Below are positions 30,222 through 40,560 of a DNA stretch of 64,000 nt, in pieces. How positions within the stretch are numbered: the stretch's first letter is position 1; every line of letters starts with the position of its first letter. The notes beneath the pieces were generated by a model. It did no database searches. It was not told where the DNA came from and worked only from the letters and a program-made list of their open reading frames with translations. This DNA is from Candidatus Bathyarchaeota archaeon. Its GTDB lineage: Archaea; Thermoproteota; Bathyarchaeia; TCS64. The position numbers were made by a program, and so were the translations under genes. Location: positions 1 to 64,000 of the forward strand of contig CAVYLP010000001.1 in the NCBI GenBank assembly GCA_963769425.1, in the 5' to 3' direction.

Positions 30222-32615
30222 CTACTCCTCCCTGTACTCTTTGGCCTTGTCGGCCATATCGGAGAGGGTATTTTGGACTAGACGATTTATTGTCCCTGCG
30301 GGGTATTTCCCGTCCTTACCCAGAGCACCAGCCGGGACTCCTGTGAGGACCTCGATGCCCTCGTCGATGGTTGAGACGGGGTATATGTGGAATTTTCCCT
30401 CCTTCATGGCGTCGATTACCTCCTGCTTGAGCATGAGGTGCTTGACGTTGCTCGAGGGGATGACGACTCCGTGCTGTCCGTCGAGGCCCCTCGCCTTGCA
30501 GAGTTGGTAGTAGCCCTCGATCTTCTCGTTTACTCCGCCGATGGCTTGGACCTCTCCCTTCTGGTTTACGGATCCGGTGATGGCGAAGTGTTGCTTGATC
30601 GGTTTGCCGCTTAGGGCGCTGAGGATGCCGTAGAGTTCGGTGCTAGAAGCGGAGTCTCCTTCGACACCGCTGTAGCTCTGCTCGAAGACGAGACGAGCCG
30701 TGAGGCTAAGCGGGAACTCCTTCGCGTAGCGGTCGTGGAGGAAACCGCTGAGTATCTGGACACCCTTGGTGTGGATTGGGCCGCCCATCTGGGCTTCGCG
30801 CTCAATGTCAATTATACCCTTCTTACCCACGCCGGTGCTCACCGTTATTCTGCTCGGCTTCCCGAAGGCGAAGTCTCCGAGGCCCATGACGCTGAGGCCG
30901 TTTATCTGCCCCACCTTCTCACCGGTTGTATCGACTAGAATTGTGCCCTCCTCTATCATCTTCTCCAGCTTCTGCTCGATGAGGTTACTTCTATAAAGTC
31001 TCTCCTCGAGGGCCCTCTCGACGTGTTTGCTAGTGGTGAATTCGCTCTTCTCCTCCTCAGCGTAGTGTGCCGCCTCTTTGATTATGTCTGAGACCTGTGC
31101 GAACCATGTGGATAGTTTCTCCTGGTCCTCTGCTAGTCGTGAGCTGTACTCGATGATAGCTCCGATACCGGTTGAGTCGAGGTGCTTTAAGTTCTCCTTG
31201 TTGCAGAGCATGCACATGAAGGAGGCGTACATCTGGATGTTCGCCTCATTTCGCTCCATAGTCGTGTCGAAGTCTGCCTTAACCTTGAATATCTCTTTAA
31301 AGTCCCTGTCGTACTGGATGAGGAGGTAGTATATGTCGGGGCTGCCGACGATCACCACCTTTACATCGAAGGGGATGGGTTCAGGTGTCAGTGTCTTAGT
31401 GGCTATGTAGCCGAGGCGCTGGGCTATGTCCTCCACCTTGATCTGCTTGCTGGTTATCGTCTTCTTTAGACTGTCCCACGCGACTGCGTCCATGAGGAGG
31501 TCCTCGACGGGTATGATTATGAATCCGCCGTTCGCCTTGTGTATCGAGCCTCCGCGGATCATCGTGTAGTCGGTTAGTAGGGCTCCGAACCGGGCCTCCT
31601 TCTGGACTATGCCGAAGAGGTGTGGCTGGGTGGGGCTCATCTCGGTGATAACAGGTGCACCCTTCAGGTCGGAGTTGTCTACAACTAGGTTGACCTTGTA
31701 GCTGCTTGTCGGGTCCTCCGTAATACCAGGCATCAAGAAGGGCAGGGCGGGCTGCTGTTTTGGCTGCCCAGCTGTGAGGATCGTCTCGAGGTTCTCGAGG
31801 ATGTCGTTCTTCACCGATGTGAGGAACTCCTTGACTTCTTCGATGTCCCCGTATTTTTCGAGGAGGGTGTCCAGGAGGTGGTCCATGGCGAAGGTAGCGA
31901 CGTCTTTGTTGAACTTTTCGATCGCCTCCTCGGCGCTTCTGTCGAGGTCCCTGAACTGGCGGAAGGCGCTCCTAAAATCATCTTGGAGCTTCTCGCGGCG
32001 CTCCCTGATCTGCTCCCTTATCTTCGGAGGAAGGGCTGTGAATTGCTCGTCGGCGATCGGTTGACCATTTATCACGGGTGTTATCGCTATGCCTATGGGA
32101 CTGCGCTGGAGGAAGAAGCCTGCCTCATTCGCCTTCTGGTTTATCTCCTGCCAGAGCTCAGTCTTCTCGTCGTCAAACTTCTTCACCGTGCTAGCCCGCT
32201 TTTGAGCGTAGTCTTCACTCTCGAAGGCCTTCTGGAGCTCCTTCTTGACGTCTTCTGTGAACTTATCCATGTCGTCGCGGAAAGTCTTACCCTTACCCGC
32301 CGGCAACTTCAGCGCGTTTGGCTGGTTCTGGTCCTTAAAGTTGTTGACATAGCACCAGTCCGGTGGGACCGGCATCTCCTTCGCCTTCTCCTGTAGGAAG
32401 CCGACGATCGCGGTCTTACGTCCAGTACCTGACATACCGGAGACGTAGATGTTGAAACCCCCATCCTTCATCGCTAGGCCGAATTGGAGCGCCTTGACGG
32501 CGCGGTCCTGCCCGATTATCTGCTTGAGTGGCTCAAGTTCTGCTGTAGAGTTACAGTTCGCTATCTCCGATGTGCACTTCTTCCTGGCCTTCTCGTAGCT
32601 AAGTTCGACTACCAT
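30222..32615 (-). CDS. Lon-like S16 protease with AAA-like domain (LonC type, no membrane anchor)
   Basis: IIGQDRA, GSIHKANGG, VEGDSASS catalytic Ser, AIGGVNEKIEG catalytic Lys. Confidence 0.92.
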   Translation of the reverse strand: MVVELSYEKARKKCTSEIANCNSTAELEPLKQIIGQDRAVKALQFGLAMKDGGFNIYVSGMSGTGRKTAIVGFLQEKAKEMPVPPDWCYVNNFKDQNQPNALKLPAGKGKTFRDDMDKFTEDVKKELQKAFESEDYAQKRASTVKKFDDEKTELWQEINQKANEAGFFLQRSPIGIAITPVINGQPIADEQFTALPPKIREQIRERREKLQDDFRSAFRQFRDLDRSAEEAIEKFNKDVATFAMDHLLDTLLEKYGDIEEVKEFLTSVKNDILENLETILTAGQPKQQPALPFLMPGITEDPTSSYKVNLVVDNSDLKGAPVITEMSPTQPHLFGIVQKEARFGALLTDYTMIRGGSIHKANGGFIIIPVEDLLMDAVAWDSLKKTITSKQIKVEDIAQRLGYIATKTLTPEPIPFDVKVVIVGSPDIYYLLIQYDRDFKEIFKVKADFDTTMERNEANIQMYASFMCMLCNKENLKHLDSTGIGAIIEYSSRLAEDQEKLSTWFAQVSDIIKEAAHYAEEEKSEFTTSKHVERALEERLYRSNLIEQKLEKMIEEGTILVDTTGEKVGQINGLSVMGLGDFAFGKPSRITVSTGVGKKGIIDIEREAQMGGPIHTKGVQILSGFLHDRYAKEFPLSLTARLVFEQSYSGVEGDSASSTELYGILSALSGKPIKQHFAITGSVNQKGEVQAIGGVNEKIEGYYQLCKARGLDGQHGVVIPSSNVKHLMLKQEVIDAMKEGKFHIYPVSTIDEGIEVLTGVPAGALGKDGKYPAGTINRLVQNTLSDMADKAKEYREE

Positions 32616-32672
32616 CCACTGTCGCCTGTTGATCAGTGAATTAGAAGCTCAGTATATAAAGTCGGCTCAACT

Positions 32673-33128
32673 TCAGGTCAATCTGGCGATTAATTCTTTG
32701 AATGTGAGGCCTTCGCCGGTCTTGAGGGTGTAGTCACCCGGGCGCTCGGCGATGCTGAAGCACCAGCCCTTGTACTTGAACTTGCCCGCGAGGACGGCGT
32801 AACGTCTGGGGTATATCTTGTGTATGTCAAGGAAGGCGTTGAGTTTTGCAACTTGATCGGATTTGTAGTAGGAGTACTTTACCTGGCTCTTGACCTCGAA
32901 GGCGACGACAGTTGTGTTCTTAACCGCGAAAACGTCGGGGAGAGGTTCTGTGCTTGGGGCACTGACTGGGACCCTGACTGCGTTGAATCCCTGTTCACGC
33001 ATCATGCCTACGAGTTCTCTCTCGGCGTCGTATCCACGCTTCTTCATGGCACGAACCTGTTTGCCGGTGAGGGTGCGTGTGAATCTTTCGCGTCTCTTCT
33101 TGGGGTTGGCTATGTCTCGGAGGGACAC
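32673..33128 (-). CDS. hjc: Holliday junction resolvase Hjc-like nuclease
   Basis: RGYDAERELV..RVPVS..LPDVFA..AFEVKS (PD-(D/E)xK). Confidence 0.8.
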   Translation of the reverse strand: MSLRDIANPKKRRERFTRTLTGKQVRAMKKRGYDAERELVGMMREQGFNAVRVPVSAPSTEPLPDVFAVKNTTVVAFEVKSQVKYSYYKSDQVAKLNAFLDIHKIYPRRYAVLAGKFKYKGWCFSIAERPGDYTLKTGEGLTFKELIARLT

Positions 33129-33130
33129 GG

Positions 33131-33469
33131 TTACTCCTCGTCTTCATTCTCCTCGGGGAGGGGTAGCTGGCCGTTTTCTAGGGGCTCTATGGCTAGTTTG
33201 AGGAGGTCGCGCAGCCAGCCGCTGTAGGTTGTGGCGTTTGGGTATTTCTGGTACATGCGCTTGTGGGGGACCTTAGCGACTAGACGGAGTTGGACCATCT
33301 TGTTGACGTAGAACTTGGCGCTGCTTCGGCTTATATCGCAGACCCTCGCGAGGTCTCCGCTCGTGAATACAGGTTCGAGGTTCTTGTATCCGAGGACTAC
33401 CTTTGGGGGAAGTGGTAGTGCTGCCTCGAGTATCTCAAATAATGACTCCTCCCTCGACATCTGTGTCAC
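33131..33469 (-). CDS. Hypothetical HTH-like protein
   Basis: FTSGDLARVCDISRSSAKFYVNKM; co-oriented 2 nt upstream of hjc. Confidence 0.7.
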   Translation of the reverse strand: MTQMSREESLFEILEAALPLPPKVVLGYKNLEPVFTSGDLARVCDISRSSAKFYVNKMVQLRLVAKVPHKRMYQKYPNATTYSGWLRDLLKLAIEPLENGQLPLPEENEDEE

Positions 33470-33885
33470 CGGTTTGGGTTGAATTGGTTAAGGTACAATA
33501 TAAGGCGCGAGGGTTGTTGCACACGGCGAAACTCAAGCAAAGATGGTTAAGCGCTCTAAAAAGGAGGCTATCAATTAGTAACTTATCGATGTGAATCTTG
33601 TTTCAGGGAGAGTCAGCCTACGCAGAGCTGCTCCTGCCATTCACAAGTCGCTTAGTCACGTTGACAAACCACTTCCAATGGAGGACAGCTGGGGACTACG
33701 AAGCGCGCACGCATCGTGTTCAGATCCTAATATTAATAGGAGGATCTCGGCCATTGAACACGGAAAAAATAAGAAAACGTATTTCCACGAATTTTAATTT
33801 ATTAAAAGATGTATTATTATTAAAAAAAACGCATCATTTTAAAACAGGGTACAAATATATAAAATAGCACATCGGTGTTTCGTTT

Positions 33886-34491
33886 ATGACGTTGACAGAT
33901 AATGATGGAGCAAAGTCAGTGGCTCAGCGTGTAAGAGAGGCAATCCAGATGAGACCGAGCCTACTTGACTCACTCAAATTAGGGATAGTCAACTATAGCG
34001 CACTAGCGAGAATGCTCCAAGAGGAAATTGGAGAAGGAAGCACAGAGGCCGTGAAGGCCGCCGTGATTCGTATAGCTGAGGACCTCTCCAAAGATCGTAG
34101 GCTCCAAGAAGAAGAGGTAAGAGGAATCCTAAAAGAGTCCAAGGTCCGGCTCCAAGACAAGATTGCTGTACTCATCAGCCCAATAAAGATGGACATACCG
34201 TACATCGTAACAGCCTACCTCACTGACAGCTATGTCTACATAGTCGACCAGACAGGCATAGGCAAAGACCTGCCGAAACAGGTACAGGTGATGAACAACC
34301 TCGTCGCCCTAGTCCTACTCAGCCCGGATCGCGTCGAGACGACCCCCGGTTTCGTCGCCTTCATAACCCAGCTCCTTGGAGGACACGACATAAATATCAT
34401 AGAGTTCATCAGCTGCTTCACGAACACCGTCATAGTCCTCGACACACGAGACGCGCTGAAGGCCTTCAGCCTCCTCCAGAACTACACATAG
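33886..34491 (+). CDS. ACT-domain-containing archaeal regulator
   Basis: LGIVNYSALAR N-terminus; TPGFVAFI..INIIEFISCFT ACT domain. Confidence 0.88.
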   Translation: MTLTDNDGAKSVAQRVREAIQMRPSLLDSLKLGIVNYSALARMLQEEIGEGSTEAVKAAVIRIAEDLSKDRRLQEEEVRGILKESKVRLQDKIAVLISPIKMDIPYIVTAYLTDSYVYIVDQTGIGKDLPKQVQVMNNLVALVLLSPDRVETTPGFVAFITQLLGGHDINIIEFISCFTNTVIVLDTRDALKAFSLLQNYT

Positions 34492-34752
34492 AAAGGACTC
34501 TAAACTGATTCTTTAGTAAGAAGGAGTTCTAAATAAAAAATAACCAAATTAAACCAACTCTAACAACATTAAAACAATCCATAAACATAGATAACCCAAT
34601 CCGTTACGTCTTCAGCCAAACGCGTCCTTAAAATAGCTCAAAAAAACAAGTGGAGAAAGGATCGGTGACTTCTCGCGCCCATACTTCAATTCACCAACCT
34701 TTCTTTAAAACAGCAAAGCTTTTAGTAGGAGGCTACTAACTCATGCTTGAGA

Positions 34753-35061
34753 ATGGCGGAGATTTGTCCCGTCTGCGGACTCCCTAAGGACCTTTGCGTC
34801 TGCGAGGAGATGAGCCGGGAGCAGCAGCGGATAAGGATACGGTTAGAAAACCGCAAATGGAGTAAGACCTGGACCATCATCGACGGAATTGACTCGAAGG
34901 GTGACCAGCTCAAGAAAATAGCCACGCAGCTCAAGAACAAGTGCGCTTGCGGTGGAACGGCCAAGGATGAGCAGATAATGCTTATGGGCGACCACCGTGA
35001 TGTTGTCAAGGATGTTCTTATCGAGCTTGGCTTCCCCGAGGAGAACATAGAAGTCCAGTAG
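34753..35061 (+). CDS. Translation initiation factor aIF1 (SUI1 homolog)
   Basis: CPVCGLPKDLCVC, LKNKCACGGT, GDHR. Confidence 0.95.
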   Translation: MAEICPVCGLPKDLCVCEEMSREQQRIRIRLENRKWSKTWTIIDGIDSKGDQLKKIATQLKNKCACGGTAKDEQIMLMGDHRDVVKDVLIELGFPEENIEVQ

Positions 35062-35180
35062 CACGAAGTAGATTTCACCGGGCACCAGTCTTTTATTACC
35101 TACTCGGCTTTCCTCCGAATGGCACGTCTTTTATATTCATTAAAAATGGGGGGCACCTAAGATGAAAGAAGATGGAGATG

Positions 35181-35447
35181 TTATGGAGTTGATGTGGGCT
35201 TCCCTTTGATATTGACCGTCGTCTTGATAGTCGTTTTTCCACCGGGGAGTATGACTCCTGTGCCAATTTCGACATCTAATTCTAGGGTGGCGCTCCACTC
35301 GCTGACACCCGCCTCGGCTAGCTCTTTTTTAACAGCAGACACGGCCTCGTGTAGGGTGGGAATTTTTCCTAAAAGTCCTTTGTCATGCACATCAGCTAAC
35401 TGAGACTTTGTGTAACCCGATACAACGTAAACTTTCAATTCTTCCAT
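35181..35447 (-). CDS. Small hypothetical protein
   Basis: ATG 35447 preceded by AGGTGA; 88 aa. Confidence 0.55.
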   Translation of the reverse strand: MEELKVYVVSGYTKSQLADVHDKGLLGKIPTLHEAVSAVKKELAEAGVSEWSATLELDVEIGTGVILPGGKTTIKTTVNIKGKPTSTP

Positions 35448-35665
35448 ACAATCACCTAGACTAAAAAATCGAGGACGAGAATAAAACGTTGTAGTCATTA
35501 TAAAATACTAGTTGTGGTCAACCACTCAGCTTAGGTGAGTTGGCTTGTTTTTCTCTCCTAATATAGATCTCCTCGCGAGTGATTGGTGCCTCTTTTACCT
35601 CTTCAGTTGGGTGTGAACCCCGAAGCCGACGCCCTTTTAACCCCGGCCCCTGAGACATAAACGGA

Positions 35666-36668
35666 ATGGCGGGCAAACCTAAAGACGTAGCCGAACCAAC
35701 AGACTCGGCTTACTACAAGGCGAAGTACCAGACGATAGAGGATTTGCCATCCGTAGGGCCAGCCACAGCAGCGAAACTCAGGGAGATAGGCTTCAAGACC
35801 GTCGAGTCCATCGCCATGGCGACGACCGCCGAGTTGATCACCGCCGGGATAGGCGAGGAGACCGCGGGGAAGGTCATAGAAGCGGCACGCAAGAGCTTCG
35901 CTATCACCTTCGTCCGCGGCGACGAACTAGTCGAGATCAGGAAGCAGATCAAGCAGCTCACGACCGGCTGCCCGAGCCTTGACACGCTACTCAAGGGCGG
36001 GCTAGAGACTCAGAGCCTCACCGAGTTCTACGGAGAGTTCGGCACCGGGAAGAGCCAGATCTGCCACCAGCTCTGCGTCACAGTCCAGCTCCCCGAGGAG
36101 CAGGGCGGGCTAAACGGTGGGGCTCTATATGTGGACACCGAGAACACGTTCCGCCCCGAACGCATACAGCAGATGGCCCGGCGCTTCGGCATCGACCCCG
36201 AACGAGGCGCTAAAGAAGATTATCTTCGCCGAGGCGTACACTAGCGACCACCAGATGGTCCTCCTCGACAACGCCGACGAGGTCATCAAGGAGAACAACA
36301 TCCGTCTCATAATCGTTGATAGCCTCACCAGCCATTTCCGCAGTGAGTACCTAGGCCGCGAGATGCTCGCCAGCCGCCAGCAGCTACTGAACAAGCACAT
36401 GCACAAGCTAATGAGGCTGAGTCGCGCCTTCAACACCGTCGCCGTCATCACGAACCAGGTTATGTCCCAGCCCGACGCATTCTTCACCAAGGGTGTTATG
36501 CCCGTCGGCGGCCACATAGTAGGCCACATGAGTCACACCCGAATCTTCCTCAGGAAGGGTAGAGATAATATACGCATAGCCAAACTAACTGTGAGCCCGA
36601 GCCTCCCCGAGGGAGAGGTCCCCATCAGGATAACCGAGCAAGGAATAGAGAGCGATGAAGAGATCTGA
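35666..36668 (+). CDS. radA: DNA repair and recombination protein RadA; apparent +1 frameshift near 36197-36201
   Basis: HhH DLPSVGPATA, GEFGTGKSQ, DTENTFRPERI; second frame gives DSLTSHFRSEY.GR, TNQV, GGHIVGH; removing one C from GACCCCG restores the frame. Confidence 0.95.
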
Positions 36669-37053
36669 CAGACCCCGAGCCCTGACAGCCACTGGCAAGA
36701 CACGCGAGGCTGTTATAGTGTTCTTCGACGCCGTCATCGAGAGGCGATTCAGTGACGCTGACAAGGCCCTCGAAGAGGTACGAAACAGGAAACTTTCAAA
36801 CCCCGAGTTCCAAGACGGCTACATAAAGGCCCTAGAGGGCATAGTTACATCCGCCCGAAGCGGCGACGAGAGGGACTACCTAAACAGGTCAAGCAACACA
36901 GAGGAGGACCTAGAGAAGCAGAGCAGGGACTTCAGGGAGATACTCATGAAAGGGAGGCCGAAGCCATTCGACCTAGGATTCTTCAGCGCATGGAGCGATC
37001 TCGTCCACTACAGGCTCGCCGCGAACAAGTTCGCTAAAGCGGCGCAACCGTGA
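36655..37053 (+). CDS. Hypothetical protein downstream of radA
   Basis: 132-aa ORF overlapping the radA end; GYIKALEG and FDLGFFSAW internal repeats. Confidence 0.7.
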   Translation: MKRSDRPRALTATGKTREAVIVFFDAVIERRFSDADKALEEVRNRKLSNPEFQDGYIKALEGIVTSARSGDERDYLNRSSNTEEDLEKQSRDFREILMKGRPKPFDLGFFSAWSDLVHYRLAANKFAKAAQP

Positions 37054-37306
37054 AGATCGTATAAAGCAGAGTCCATGCCATTATCCAGATGAAGATGTAG
37101 GCGCCTACACCGACCTTTAGGCCGTGGCCGCGGTCCAACTTGAGCCACCCCGAAAGCAGATCAGAGGACGCGAGGTACAGGAGGGTCCCGAGCATGAAGA
37201 CGAGCGTCCCGTCGATCTTCCCGAAGACCTGTAGAGCGACGCAGAGTATAGCGGCGACGAGTGCTAGGCCCACCTTGATCCAGTAGAGCTTCTCAGATGG
37301 TTTCAT
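37034..37306 (-). CDS. Small 3-TM membrane protein, EMC6-like
   Basis: Three hydrophobic helices ending GVGAYIFIWIMAWTLLYTI. Confidence 0.65.
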   Translation of the reverse strand: MKPSEKLYWIKVGLALVAAILCVALQVFGKIDGTLVFMLGTLLYLASSDLLSGWLKLDRGHGLKVGVGAYIFIWIMAWTLLYTIFTVAPL

Positions 37307-37355
37307 CGGGCGTTCACCGCTCTATTCCGGCGTCGGGATATTTGGGTGTATCGAA

Positions 37356-39458
37356 TTAGCCGGACCCGGTGGGGACGGTGATGTGGAAGGTGGTCCCGGC
37401 GCCGACCTCGGACTCGAACGAGATCGTGCCCCCCTGCGCCTCGACGGCGCGCCTGCAGTAGGTGAGGCCGAGCCCCATCCCCCCCGACTTCGTCGTGTAG
37501 AGGGGGGAGAACAACTTCCTCCTAGACTCCTCCGTGATGCCGATGCCAGTGTCGGATACTGAGACACTGACAGAGTCTCCCTCCCTGACTGCTATCACCG
37601 TTAGCCTCCCCCCATTGGGCATCGCCTCCACGGCGTTTTTCACCAGATTATCGACGACCCTGTGCATGATGTCAGGGTCGAGGACCACGGAGTCGAGCCC
37701 CCCTCCGATCGAGGTGGCTACTGCCACGTTGCCGGGGATCGTCATCCCCTCCAACACGTTCTTGATGAGTGAGCCCAGATCGGTCCGTGTCGGCTGAGGA
37801 ACAATATCCCGGGTGCTCGACCTCCAGTCCGCGATCATCCTGAGGGACCGTGTTGCATTCTCCTCGATGAGCTGCAGCATCCTCGGCGTGAGGACAGGCT
37901 CGTTCTTCGCGAGGTTTACGGACTGCATTATCGCGGCGAGGGGCCCACGCAGGTCGTGGGCGACGGTCGCCCCCATACGCGTCACCGCCTCCATCTGCTC
38001 CGCATGGGCAACCCGAATACGGTCCACCTCGCGCTGCCTTTCGGATTCCATACGCCTCGTGATGTCGTGGAGGGCAGCGAACACCCCATCCACGACTCCA
38101 TCCCTGTCCCGGTAGACGGTCGCGTGGTAGACGACGTTGATCAGCCTCCCCGAAGTGTTCCTGATCACCAGCGGGTATTCGCTAATCGGGCCCTCGCTGA
38201 AGACTTGCAGATACGCCTCCCTCGCCTTCAAAGGCTCGGTGAAATAGCCGGAGAAGTCGGTCCCGACCAACTGCCCACGCGAAACCCCCGTAATCTCGAC
38301 GGCAGCGTCGTTCACGTCCGTTATGAGGCCCTCCCTGCTTATCGTGACGAGGGGGTCGAGACTCGCCTCAATCAGGCTCCGCGTGTAGTGGGCAGAGGCC
38401 TCCACCTTCTCGAGGGCAGCGCGAAGCGCTTCCGTCCTCTCTCTCACCTTTTCCTCGAGCCCCTCCTTCTCCCTCCGGATCTCCTCCTCAGAAACCCTCA
38501 GCGACTCGTTCGTCCTATCCATCTTCTGGTTTAGGCCGAGGAGCTGCTCGTTCGAAGACCTGAGTTCCTCATCCGAGATACGGAGGGCCTCGTTGGCGGA
38601 GGCTAGATCCTCGTTCAGCGTGGCGAGCTCCGCCTCGCTCCTCTTGACGTCCTCGTACGCCTTACGGAGGGCCTCCTCGTCCTTCTTCCTCTTTGTTATA
38701 TCCCTGTGTATACCGAGTGACGCGGTACTCCCCTCAAAAATGATCCTCGACGCGTTCACCTCGCAGGTGACGAGGCCGCCGTCGCTCCTGAGCAGAGTGA
38801 TCTCGTACCTGTCAGGTTCATCCTCTCCCCTGATCCTGGACTCGGTCCTACGCCTCACCATCTCCTTGTCGATGGGGGCGACGAGGCTGAAAGAAGGAAG
38901 GCCAACGAGCTCCGTGGGGGTGCTGAAGCCTAGCAGATCCGCTGCAGCCCTATTCGCGTATAGATACTTCTCAGCGTTCAGCACAATGACGGCGTCGCTG
39001 AGGTTCTCAAGGAGGTCCCTGTACCTCTGCTCGCTCTTGGCGAGGGCATCCTCGAAGCGCCACGCCTCTACACCTTTCCTTATCCTCTGGACGAGAACCT
39101 GGAAGTTGCTAAGCCCCTCCTCCTTCCTCACGTAGTCGTCGACGCCGCTCTGGAAAGCCCGCTCCGCGACCTCTTCGCTGCCCCGCCCCGTGTAGAGGAT
39201 GAAAGGAATATTGCTCGTCCGTCTGATCTCTGCACAAAGCCCCACACCGTCCATGTTCCCCATCTGGTAATCGGAGACAACGCAGTCAACCCCCCCGCCC
39301 GAGAGCAGCTTCAACGCCTCAGAGGCTCTCGAAGCGTAGGAGACGAGTATGTTCGGCTCATTTCTCTCAACGTAGAGCTTCACGAGTTCGAACTGGACGG
39401 ATTCGTCGTCGACGAAGAGTACCCTTATTGTCAGCTCAGTAGGAGGTATAGGGTTCAG
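37356..39458 (-). CDS. Hybrid sensor: receiver - PAS - coiled coil - PAS - histidine kinase
   Basis: IRVLFVDD upstream of the ORF-track start, VSDYQM, YTGRGSEE; AHDLRGPL H-box, NLVKNAVEAM, DTGIGI, GMGLGL; probable CTG start at 39458 after GGTGA. Confidence 0.9.
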   Translation of the reverse strand: MNPIPPTELTIRVLFVDDESVQFELVKLYVERNEPNILVSYASRASEALKLLSGGGVDCVVSDYQMGNMDGVGLCAEIRRTSNIPFILYTGRGSEEVAERAFQSGVDDYVRKEEGLSNFQVLVQRIRKGVEAWRFEDALAKSEQRYRDLLENLSDAVIVLNAEKYLYANRAAADLLGFSTPTELVGLPSFSLVAPIDKEMVRRRTESRIRGEDEPDRYEITLLRSDGGLVTCEVNASRIIFEGSTASLGIHRDITKRKKDEEALRKAYEDVKRSEAELATLNEDLASANEALRISDEELRSSNEQLLGLNQKMDRTNESLRVSEEEIRREKEGLEEKVRERTEALRAALEKVEASAHYTRSLIEASLDPLVTISREGLITDVNDAAVEITGVSRGQLVGTDFSGYFTEPLKAREAYLQVFSEGPISEYPLVIRNTSGRLINVVYHATVYRDRDGVVDGVFAALHDITRRMESERQREVDRIRVAHAEQMEAVTRMGATVAHDLRGPLAAIMQSVNLAKNEPVLTPRMLQLIEENATRSLRMIADWRSSTRDIVPQPTRTDLGSLIKNVLEGMTIPGNVAVATSIGGGLDSVVLDPDIMHRVVDNLVKNAVEAMPNGGRLTVIAVREGDSVSVSVSDTGIGITEESRRKLFSPLYTTKSGGMGLGLTYCRRAVEAQGGTISFESEVGAGTTFHITVPTGSG

Positions 39459-39515
39459 CGGGTGTCACCGAGATGGTGAATTAAAAATATCCGCAGCTTA
39501 AGATTCTTCTCTCCT

Positions 39516-40289
39516 CTAGCTGATGTACTCGGGCCTTTTATCCGAGATGGGGAGCAGGTCGGTCTCCTCCTCGAAGACCTCGAGCCTCTTCCTTATGGAT
39601 GCGTCGAGGCGCCTCGCCCTCTTTTCGAGGAGCGTGGTATCGAGTTCGAGGTTGAGAATTGAGGCGAGTTTGATGAGGACGGCACGAGAGGATAGGTGCT
39701 GTGGCACATTAGCATACTTTATGTCCCCCATGAGGCAGGCGCCAGGTATGCCGCGGCTCTTCGCGACGCCAATGACGACCCCGTTGAGGCCGTTAACGAC
39801 CCCCTCCTCTTCCACCACCTTGATCCCGTGTGTGCCGAGGAAATCCTTCATCTCCTCCCCAGAGCATACGCCGTAAACCTGGGGCTCATCAGTATACTCG
39901 GTCGGGTAGGCAGCCATCGTCCACATTCGCTTCACGCCGAAGTCGACAGCGAGCTCTACCACCTTCTCCGCGAGCCTCAACGACTCCTCGGGGATCGAGG
40001 GCTGCGCGTCACCCACACAGATGATTAGATTCCTAGACGGGGCGGCGTAGAACCTGTGCCTGATAGGGGAGAGCTCACCGACGCCCTTATTGTATACGAG
40101 CATGTTGTGGAAGTACGTCACCTCGGCGAAGAGCCTCGCGTTCAGGCGCCTGCGCAGGTAGTCGGCGGATATCTTGGCTATGTAGCCCATGCCGGGCCAC
40201 GCGGCGATCATGTCTGGGTGGTCCAGCTCGGGCTTACTGATGTAGTGGATGTCCAAAGGAGTCGCATAACCCAACCCGTGGTTTTCCAT
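39516..40289 (-). CDS. PAC2 family proteasome assembly chaperone
   Basis: AWPGMGYIAKISADYL, GDAQP, GLNGVVIG..GACLMG. Confidence 0.88.
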   Translation of the reverse strand: MENHGLGYATPLDIHYISKPELDHPDMIAAWPGMGYIAKISADYLRRRLNARLFAEVTYFHNMLVYNKGVGELSPIRHRFYAAPSRNLIICVGDAQPSIPEESLRLAEKVVELAVDFGVKRMWTMAAYPTEYTDEPQVYGVCSGEEMKDFLGTHGIKVVEEEGVVNGLNGVVIGVAKSRGIPGACLMGDIKYANVPQHLSSRAVLIKLASILNLELDTTLLEKRARRLDASIRKRLEVFEEETDLLPISDKRPEYIS

Positions 40290-40404
40290 TAAACCTTTCG
40301 TTATTCCCACGGCACCCAACAGAGAGGGCCTTGGTTGATCCTTCTCATAGTCAGAATCGAAAGAAACTATTTAGCCCACCATCAAGGGACAGTAGAAGAA
40401 CTCT

Positions 40405-40560
40405 TTGGATAATGCAGGGCATAAGGTCAGTTGGGGACATGACTGCCCCGTATGTGGGGCGAAGAAAGCCATCATAGCTGGGATAGATTCCACCAATAAT
40501 AAGTCGACGACCCCGCGGTGCCTCAAATGCAAGACAGTTTTCAATAATCGCCCGAAGTGA
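40405..40560 (+). CDS. 51-aa zinc-ribbon microprotein (below ORF-track cutoff)
   Basis: TTG start; MDNAGHKVSWGHDCPVCGAKKAIIAGIDSTNNKSTTPRCLKCKTVFNNRPK*. Confidence 0.6.
   Translation: MDNAGHKVSWGHDCPVCGAKKAIIAGIDSTNNKSTTPRCLKCKTVFNNRPK

Noticed and set aside
35666-36668. radA pseudogene, intein or programmed frameshift
   Set aside because: Both halves are intact and total length is normal; one extra base in a C run explains it, as at several other loci
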